A stretch of DNA of 64,000 nucleotides from Octopus vulgaris (Eukaryota). Each line of letters opens with the position of its first letter. Positions within the stretch are counted from its first letter, which is position 1. A program made the position numbers and the translations under genes. The stretch lies in the NCBI GenBank assembly GCA_951406725.2, contig OX597827.1, positions 17,794,001 to 17,858,000 on the forward strand. Direction: 5' to 3'. Of this stretch, positions 55,044 through 64,000 are shown piece by piece. The notes beneath the pieces were generated by a model. The model saw only the letters and a program-made list of their open reading frames with translations, did no database searches and was not told the origin of the DNA.

Positions 55044-55628
55044 TGTATTTAGGTGCCAACGAGGGGGAACAAGTTATTATGACAGAGAAGAAAAATATTT
55101 TGCTAGAAAATCAATAAGAGAGCCTCTAGGTGGTTTCTTGACCTGCTAAAAATAGGAGACACATCTCCCTCAAAACACATCCGTCATAGAAAAAGAATAC
55201 AATAGGGGGACATGTTAGATAATGCCATCATAGATACAATATGTGTGAATACCAGTTATGAGAGTCGTATCTGAATTGTCTTTGATCATAAATGAATCCT
55301 CAGTCTGAGCTGACCTTGGGTTAAATAATAACAACAACAACAGCAGCAACAGTACAATGGAAGATTAATAGAAAGAAGACGAAAACTAGAGCAATAGTAG
55401 CCAAGACTGTTGATAGTAATGACTGTGAATTCCCTCAGGCTTTCTCACTATTAGGGTAGGGGCCAGAACAAGAGGAGAGGGGATATAAATACAGTCAACC
55501 TTTTGCTCAGTTGCACACCTGGGTTTCACTTATTTTTTGTGTGTTTTACTACATAAAGGTCATCAACTGCCTCCCCTGAGTAATTACTGATGGCATGTAC
55601 CTGATATATATATCTATCTATCTATCTA

Positions 55629-55676
<48 letters not shown>

Positions 55677-55691
55677 CATATATATATATAC

Positions 55692-55752
<61 letters not shown>

Positions 55753-56422
55753 TATTATTATTATTATTCAGGTCACTGCCTGGAATCGAACTTGGAATTT
55801 TGGGGTTAGTAGCCTGTGCTCTTAACCACTACGTCGTATGTTTGTCAAATGTAAATAATGTACATAATTCCTCATCTCTTAAATATAGAACTATATTTAT
55901 GTTTTCTTCAGAATAAATAGGGTCAGTGGTCCCCAATTTCCTGCCAGGATTGACTTCCTTACTCTACACTTCTCCTCAAGCATTCACTGGCAGTTATGGT
56001 TTATGCTTGGAGTTATGCTTTTATGCTTCTCCTCATCTTGCTGCCCTCTGCGATTGCCAAGCCTAAACTGCCCCTCCCCTCAATTATATCACAAATTTAG
56101 ATGCAGTGGTGCTTTCTTCTGGAGATATACTTTCATGAAAGCTAAAGAGCGCAGCTCATCACTCACTCACTTGGTATTTCTAAGTCCTCGTGCTTTTTCC
56201 TGGTGATTGTGGAACTTATGCTCAGCTCAGCTTTTCCTTTTGATAAATATAGTATTTGTCCTGCTGGACATCTTGCAACCCACCCACCACCACCACCATC
56301 AAGTCTAGTGGAGCGGGTAGGGGCCGGTTTAGTCACTGATGACCTGACTATGGCAACAGGTCATACTGGATTACACTGTGAGTAACCTGGTGTGTGTGTA
56401 TGAGAGAGAGAGGACCTGACAC

Positions 56423-56460
<38 letters not shown>

Positions 56461-56627
56461 AAATTAGAAGATGGAGAAACATACTTAAATCAATCAAACA
56501 TCAACCATCAGATAATACCCAATCAATACTTTATTACACCATTACATAACAGCAAAGACATTATACAAAATATATTGTAAATATAATTAGACAAGGAAAT
56601 AGAAATATAAAATACAATTACATCATA

Positions 56628-56737
56628 TCTAACAGCTTTTTCGGCCGTAGGGACAAGTATGCCTCATTTAACCTATAAGCCATATAAGGCAGGTATAAAT
56701 GAGACATTAACAAGATGTCCCACGGCCTCTTCAGAGA
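56628..56737 (-). ncRNA. Hammerhead copy in the left arm, degenerate at stem III and cleavage site
   Basis: TCT-CTGAAGA-GGCCGTGGGACA...TGTCCCTACGGCC-GAAA-AAGCTG-TT-AGA. Confidence 0.7.
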
Positions 56738-57061
56738 ATTTAATTTAATATAAGTGTGAAAAGATTTTTACATATAAATATAAAAATATAAAATATAAAA
56801 ATGTGTGCATAGACACTCATAATACTACACATATATATATATATATACTCATTAATACAATAATACAAAATAAACAAAATATATCAATGTACATTAACAA
56901 ACACAGTTATTTTACATATTGGACTCCTAGTTCCATAACTAACATCAAGGAAAATATATGCACACTCACATTTAAATTTAAATCAGACATATATACATAA
57001 AAAAAAACACACAGTTCAGTTCATAAAATTATAACCCTACAAAAAGTCAATAAAAATTAAT

Positions 57062-57139
<78 letters not shown>

Positions 57140-60084
57140 CATGACTGTACCATGTACATCAAGCGGACATCTACATATCAATAAGTCTAATTCCTCTGTC
57201 CGCTTGATATTGATTATTCTAGATTGATTCGATTGCCTTATAGTTTTAAATTTGAATCACAAAGGAAATTTTACGGTTAGTTAGTCAAGAAACGCACATA
57301 CGCACACGCACATCCACAGATCCATCGCACATACATACAAAATTATATGTATACACACACACATACACTCATACACATACATAGCCACAAACACAGCCAA
57401 AAACATAAATAAATAAATAATATAAGAGGTATAATCGTAATTATGCAGCCATCAAGCCCCTCCAAAACGACAACAATGCCGTTGTATTAACTAAGAAGAT
57501 CCACTCACATATTTCCATAAAATATTTATTGTAAAGATACATATAATTATATCAAGACATAGAATGTAATTTTTCATAAGGTACATAATTCATATGACAC
57601 CGTATTTTCCGTAGCCATAGTATTTCATAACTAAACGTTTACTGACTTAACCGCTATATGTTATAATCAAACATACGTTAAATTATAAAGTATAGATTAA
57701 ACATTTCCATTTGACTATCAAAAGACAGAAATATACATATACTAAGTTGACATCGGTTTATAGCAATTAAATTATAAGAGATTAATTGTAAGAAGTCAAA
57801 ATACGCAAATATTCTAGGATATGTAAACAAACAAAACAAAACAAAATAATTCCTTATAGCATAAATAGATATCTCTACGTAATAAATCCAATGTTATTAT
57901 AATACTAATATTTATCTATCAAAACCCTTACCTACGAACTAATAGAATTACACTCACATATACATGCCCATAAATATACTCATGTGTAACAACAGACATA
58001 CACATACACACCATATATTTTCACATGTGACGTGCGTGTAAACTTTCATAGTACTTATATATAAATATACTTTTAAGCATCAGTGGACACATAAATACAA
58101 ATGTAATAATTAACAGGATTTGGCATTATATAATTTTGTAGCTACACATGTATATAAATATATATGTCCTGTATTAATTGTTTTTTGTTTATGTTTTTTT
58201 GTCTTGGTTTATAAGGGAAATACACTGCGGCAAGAAAGAATATATTCATTTTGGTATATGCACAGTAATATGATATTCTTGGAGTTTTCTAAAATTACAG
58301 AGTGTGTATGAATATCATAGTTAGATACCTGGTTTTAGATACTGTAATACTATTATGTAATATATGTGAGTCTATATTGGATTTTGTTTGTTTTGGTTGA
58401 GTATATGGGTTTTTGCAGGTTTTTTATTTGGCAGGCTTATATATTGTATATTTAGTGTATCTTTGTACTCACCTAAATTTGTATCTTATGCTATTTATTA
58501 ACAAACCTATTCATTTACTCACATTTGGCTTTATACATATTAGCAGTCTTATATATTTAGTCTATATTTGTACTCATCTTGATTTGTACATTGTGTTATT
58601 CATCTATTTATTTTTTTACTCATTATCTATAGGTAAAAGTTTACATAATAGTAGCCTGTATACTAAGTTTATATATGTACTTTCTTCAATATATATCTTC
58701 ACTTTATTTTATGTTATTTATTTACCTATATACTCTTTTATGCATATGTGGATATATGCATATTAGCATTACTATATATTAGGTGTACCTGTGTATTTAT
58801 CTGAATTTGTTTTCTATGGTATCTATCTATTTATTTAGTCATTCACTTATTTATTTAAATGTAGATATATACATACATATCAATTATTTATTTTAATAAT
58901 ATATGGATACATGTATACTAGTTTGTACTTATACTCTCTTTGTAATTTTAATTATTTCTTCTTATTTATTTTATCACATTTTAATCTTAAGTAATTACAA
59001 TTATTAACTTATAATTAATTTAATTTTTGTTATTTACTTATATACCATTTTATTGGTAAGTCCTCCACTGATATTATTTAATGCCAAATCCTGTTAATTA
59101 TTACATTTGTATCTATGTGTCCACTGATGCTTAAAAGTATATTTATATATAAGTACTATGAATGTTTACACGCACGTCACATGTGTAAATATACGGTGTG
59201 TATGTGTATGTCTGTTGTTACACATGAGTATTCTTATGGGCATGTATATGTGAGTGTAATTCTATTAGTTCGTAGGTTAGGTTTTTTGATGGATAAATAT
59301 TAGTATTATAATGGCATTGGATTTATTACGTAGAAATGATATCTATTTATGCTATAAAGAATCTTTTGTCTTGTTTTGTTTGTTTACATATCCTAGAATA
59401 TTTGCGTATTTTGACTTCTTGCAATTAATCTCTTATAATTTAATTACTATAAACCGATGTCAAGTTAGTATATGTATGTTTCTATGTCTTTTGATAGTCA
59501 AACAAAAATGTATAATCTATACTTTATAACTTAGCGTATATTTGATTATAACAAATTGCGGTGAAGTCAGTAAACGTTATGTTATGTAATACTATGGCTA
59601 CGGAAAATACGGTGTCATATGAATTGTGTACCTTATGAAAAATTACATTCTATGTCTTGATATAATTATATGTATCTTTACAATAAATATTTTATGGAAA
59701 TATGTGAGTGGATCTTCTTAGTTAATACAGCGGCATTGTTGTCGTTTTGGAGGGGCTTGATGGCTGCATAATTACGATTATACCTCTTATATTATTTATT
59801 TATTTATGTTTTTGGCTGTGTTTGTGGCTATGTATGTATGTATATGTATGAGTGTATGTGTGTGTGTATACATATAATTATGTATGTATGTGCGATGGAT
59901 CTGTGGATGTGCGTGTGCGTATGTGCGTTTCTTGACTAACTAACCGTAAAATTTCATTTGTGGTTCAAATTTAAAACTATAAGCCAATCGAAACAATCTA
60001 GAATAATCAATATCAATCGGACAGAGGAATTAGACTTATTGATATGTAGATGTCCGATTGATGTACTTGGTACAGTCATGGTTG

Positions 60085-60149
<65 letters not shown>

Positions 60150-60470
60150 AGTAATTTTTATTAACTAGGGTTATAATTTTATAAACTGAACTGTGTGTTT
60201 TTTTATTTTTTTATGTATATATGTCTGATTTAAATTTAAATGTGAGTGTGCATATATTTTCCTTGATGTTAGTTATGGAACTAGGAGTCCAATATGTAGA
60301 ATAACTGTGTTTGTTAATGTATATTGATATATTTTGTTTATTTTGTATTATTGTATTAATGAGTATATATATATATATGTGTAGTATTATGAGTGTCTAT
60401 GCACACATTTTTATATTTTATATTTTTATATTTATATGTAAAAAATTTTCACACTTATATTGAATTAAAT

Positions 60471-60581
60471 TCTCTGAAGAGGCCGTGGGACATCCTTGTT
60501 AATGTCTCATTTATACCTGCCTTATATGGCTTATAGGTTAAATGAGGCATACTTGTCCTCACGGCCGAAACAGCTGTCAGA
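60471..60581 (+). ncRNA. Type I hammerhead with intact core and ~86-nt stem II
   Basis: TCT-CTGAAGA-GGCCGTGGGACA..TGTCTCATTTA..TAAATGAGGCA..TGTCCTCACGGCC-GAAA-CAGCTG-TC-AGA; predicted cleavage after 60578. Confidence 0.85.
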
Positions 60582-60911
60582 TATGATATAATTATATATT
60601 ATATTTTATACTTTATATTTCTATTTCCTTGTCTAATTATATTTACAATATATTTTGTATAATGCCTTTGCTGTTATGTAATGGTGTAATAAAGTATTGA
60701 TTGGGTATTATCTGATGGTTGATGTTTGATTGATTTAAGTATGTTTCTCCATTTTCTAATTTTGTATATATATATATATATACATACATATATATATTAT
60801 CATTAATATATATATATATTATATATATTATATATATTATCATTAATTAAAATCTTAGAGTAGCAAGAATATTCATCGAAAAATTCTTAGTGTTTGAACG
60901 TACACTGTATT

Positions 60912-60953
<42 letters not shown>

Positions 60954-61053
60954 ACACATAAAGGGTGAAATATAATTAATTTAATAAAATTAATAAATTT
61001 CACCTAGTAGTTATTTGGATATGGAAATGACCATATTCGGTAAGGATTATGTA

Positions 61054-61334
61054 TAATTATAATAAAGGGTTAATTGCAACAAGTTGCTCAAAACCACATA
61101 CCGAAAATATTAGAAATAGCAACCAAATAGGTCACCATTACTACTACTAGAAAAATAAGTCTCCACAAACAAATAGAATTTGCAATCTTTACCATATACG
61201 GGTTACAAATTCTATTTGTTTGTGGAGTCTTATTTTTCTAGTAGTAGTAATGGTGACCTATTTGGCTGCTATTTCTAATATTTTCGGTATGTGGTTTTGA
61301 GCAACTTGTTGCAATTAACCCTTTATTATAATTA
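61054..61334. repeat. Near-perfect fold-back hairpin (~134-bp arms, ~13-nt loop) between (TA)n tracts
   Basis: 61054-61187 is the reverse complement of 61201-61334. Confidence 0.92.
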
Positions 61335-61336
61335 AA

Positions 61337-61418
<82 letters not shown>

Positions 61419-61419
61419 C

Positions 61420-61489
<70 letters not shown>

Positions 61490-61491
<2 letters not shown>

Positions 61492-61745
61492 CGGGCTTCC
61501 ACACGGTTTCATGCCAACAAACTATGTTTGTCTTTGAAACTTTGTTATTCGCTCCAAACTGCTTGTCAACGAGTGTTGTTTCGTTTGCCTTCCTCGTAAT
61601 TAAGAGATTCGTTAAATGAGTGCGACAGAATAAGTACCAGATTTGTAAATAAATGAATAGGTTCAATTTGTTCAACTAAATCCTTCCTAAGTCAGTGCTC
61701 CAGCATGGCCGCAGTCCATTAACTGAAACAAGTAGTAGAAGAGAA
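61490..61745 (+). mobile_element. Diverged SINE A-related fragment
   Basis: GTGCTCCAGCATGGCCGCAGTC..ACTGAAACAAGT tail. Confidence 0.6.
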
Positions 61746-61777
61746 AATATACTTCACGTCCTTTCATTATCCTTATC

Positions 61778-61819
61778 AGATCTGATGTAGCAGCCTTACT
61801 TGGCTGCTACGTCAGATCT
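61778..61819. repeat. 18-bp-stem hairpin
   Basis: AGATCTGATGTAGCAGCC-TTACTT-GGCTGCTACGTCAGATCT. Confidence 0.85.
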
Positions 61820-62215
61820 CGTCACAAATTTACCTGCTTGTTATACAGACATTCGATAAATGAACCGTGCAGGATTCGATTTTCGTCAGTTTATGAGGTT
61901 AATTTTAGTACGAAGCAATCATTGAGAAATCTTAATTATTCATCCATAAATAAATAAATAAATAGAGTGATTATATAAATTTTATTGTATGTATATTCGG
62001 TTATATATTTAGATTTATATAAAAGAAAATTGGCCGAGGTTTGCTTCTCATTAGTTTGGGAGGCTAACTTTACAACAACACATAAAATTAATGCAAGCAA
62101 TCATCAAGGAATGTTAAATATTCATTAATAAATAATTAAATAAATAAATAAACACTTGGAGTGATTGTAAGGTAACTATGTTATATATTTATGTGTGTGA
62201 GTATGTGTGTGTATG

Positions 62216-62251
<36 letters not shown>

Positions 62252-62610
62252 TATATACATATACACATATCAACGCATATACATTTATGTATACGCATGC
62301 ATAAATATATATGTATTTATATATGTAATATATATATATAACACATATATATTATATATATATTTATATATATATATATTTATATATATATATTATATAT
62401 ATATTTATATATATTATATATATATATATTATATATATGTGTGTGTGTGTGTGTGCGTGCGTGTGTGTGTACGTGTGTGTGTGCCTGTATGCGTGTATAT
62501 TTAGACGTTAAAAAAATCCAGCTTTTCAATCAATATAAATAATTGACAAAAGCTTCATAGATTTAGTATTAAATCCTGACAGCAAATGCGGCTAATATAC
62601 ATATATATAC

Positions 62611-62717
<107 letters not shown>

Positions 62718-63608
62718 TATATAGATATAGATATAGATATAGATATATATATATATATACATGTATATATGTATGTATTTATTCGTGTATATATATGTAT
62801 ATATACGTGTGTTTGTGACTGCGTTTGTGTCTGTGTTTACATACATACATACACACACACACACACGCATATATATATGAGAGAAAGAAAGCGAGGTAAA
62901 GTGACAATCAGCAAGAGGAAAAGAGAGTGAGGGAGCAAGAGAGAAGATCGCATATTAGAGCAGCAGCAGTGCCTTCCCATGTGATTTCAGATGAAGCGTA
63001 TGATGAGATTAAGATTGTTATGTCAGCAACATCCATCAAAGATGCCATCTTGCAGTGTTCAAAAGTTTACAGCATTTGTTGTTATCGTTGTCTTTGGGGC
63101 TTTTTTTTTTTTCGTTTGAGAGAAGGCAGAAGAGGGAGAGGGGTTATGCAACAGAGGAAATTGGTTACAAACAAGGATTTTGAAATGGAACCAAAGAAAA
63201 CGAAAACAAAAAGAAAACCTAATACAGTAAAAAGAACAAATACTACGTTCAAGAAAAATATTTGTGGCTGCGGTAATCGTTATGGAAGGCAATAATGTAG
63301 AGAATGATTTGTTGGTGTATTTCTTTCTATTTTTGTGCGTTATTTCAATGTTATCTGATTCAAAAGCTAGTATTTATTTCTAGTAGCAGTAACAGGAGGT
63401 GGGGGACACAATGATGGCCGCTACAACGACGGTGAAAACGAAAATAATTGCTCTTGCGACATTGCCAAATTGAACGAATTAGTTAACATCGTGTGTATAC
63501 ATGTGTAATACACGTGTGTGCGTCTATTCTTCATATATATATAATATACAATATGCTTTATATATATATACATAATATATACTATATATGCTATATAATA
63601 TATGTATA

Positions 63609-63648
<40 letters not shown>

Positions 63649-64000
63649 TATTATAAGATATATATAAATATGCATACAACATAGATATAAGGATACATGT
63701 ATGTCATTTACATATATATGAATATACATATGTATCTATATACATATATATGCATGTGTCTGTACGTATGTGTATATATGTGTGCATATGTGCATATATT
63801 TGTATTTTTATATACAAAAATATGCATAAAATATTTACTAATACATATATACATATACATATATATAGTATATATGCATAAATATACACAATATATATAT
63901 ATGTATATAAATGTATTTGTATGTGAGTGTGTTTATATGTATGTATGTATATGTATCTATATGTGTGTGTTGTGTGTGTGTGTGAAAGTATAAATTTATA

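Larger units (their letters stand above)
56457..60764. mobile_element. Giant non-coding fold-back element: ~1.7-kb inverted arms (56457-58134 / 59073-60764) around a ~0.94-kb spacer, with an HHR in each arm
   Basis: Continuous reverse-complement similarity along both arms, including internal (AAT)n and (CA)n tracts; (TA)n on both outer sides. Confidence 0.9.

Noticed and set aside
56325-56370. CTGATGA-CCTG...CAGG possible hammerhead
   Set aside because: The hairpin is TGACCTG/CAGGTCA with no GAAA or NUH; the region looks like a decayed LINE 5' part.
62927-63295. 122-aa plus-strand ORF with an internal acceptor-like site
   Set aside because: No recognisable domain, and it runs into low-complexity sequence.

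Overview
AT-rich, microsatellite- and retroposon-dense animal genomic DNA. The SINE families resemble those I recall from octopus/coleoid cephalopods (inference). Almost all ORFs in the supplied track are microsatellite or SINE read-through artefacts. I found two probable host-gene exons on the minus strand (45994-46089 and 38821-39009) that resemble the C-terminal domain of BTBD16, so much of the window is probably intronic. The rest is several tRNA-derived SINE families; fragments of L1/Tx1, CR1 and R4/Dong LINEs; three mariner relics; hAT and piggyBac-like MITEs; and two non-autonomous Helitrons. The most striking signal is a set of fold-back (inverted-repeat) insertions sitting in or beside (TA)n tracts, several carrying type I hammerhead ribozyme (HHR) motifs with a minimal, near-palindromic stem III. 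They include a Penelope-like GIY-YIG element with U3:A8-variant minimal HHRs, and a non-coding 4.3-kb giant inverted repeat (about 1.7-kb arms) with a long-stem-II HHR in each arm. Further sequence-unrelated long-stem-II HHRs lie at 1.6, 50.0 and 51.7 kb. All calls were made by eye; no alignments, folding or database searches were run.
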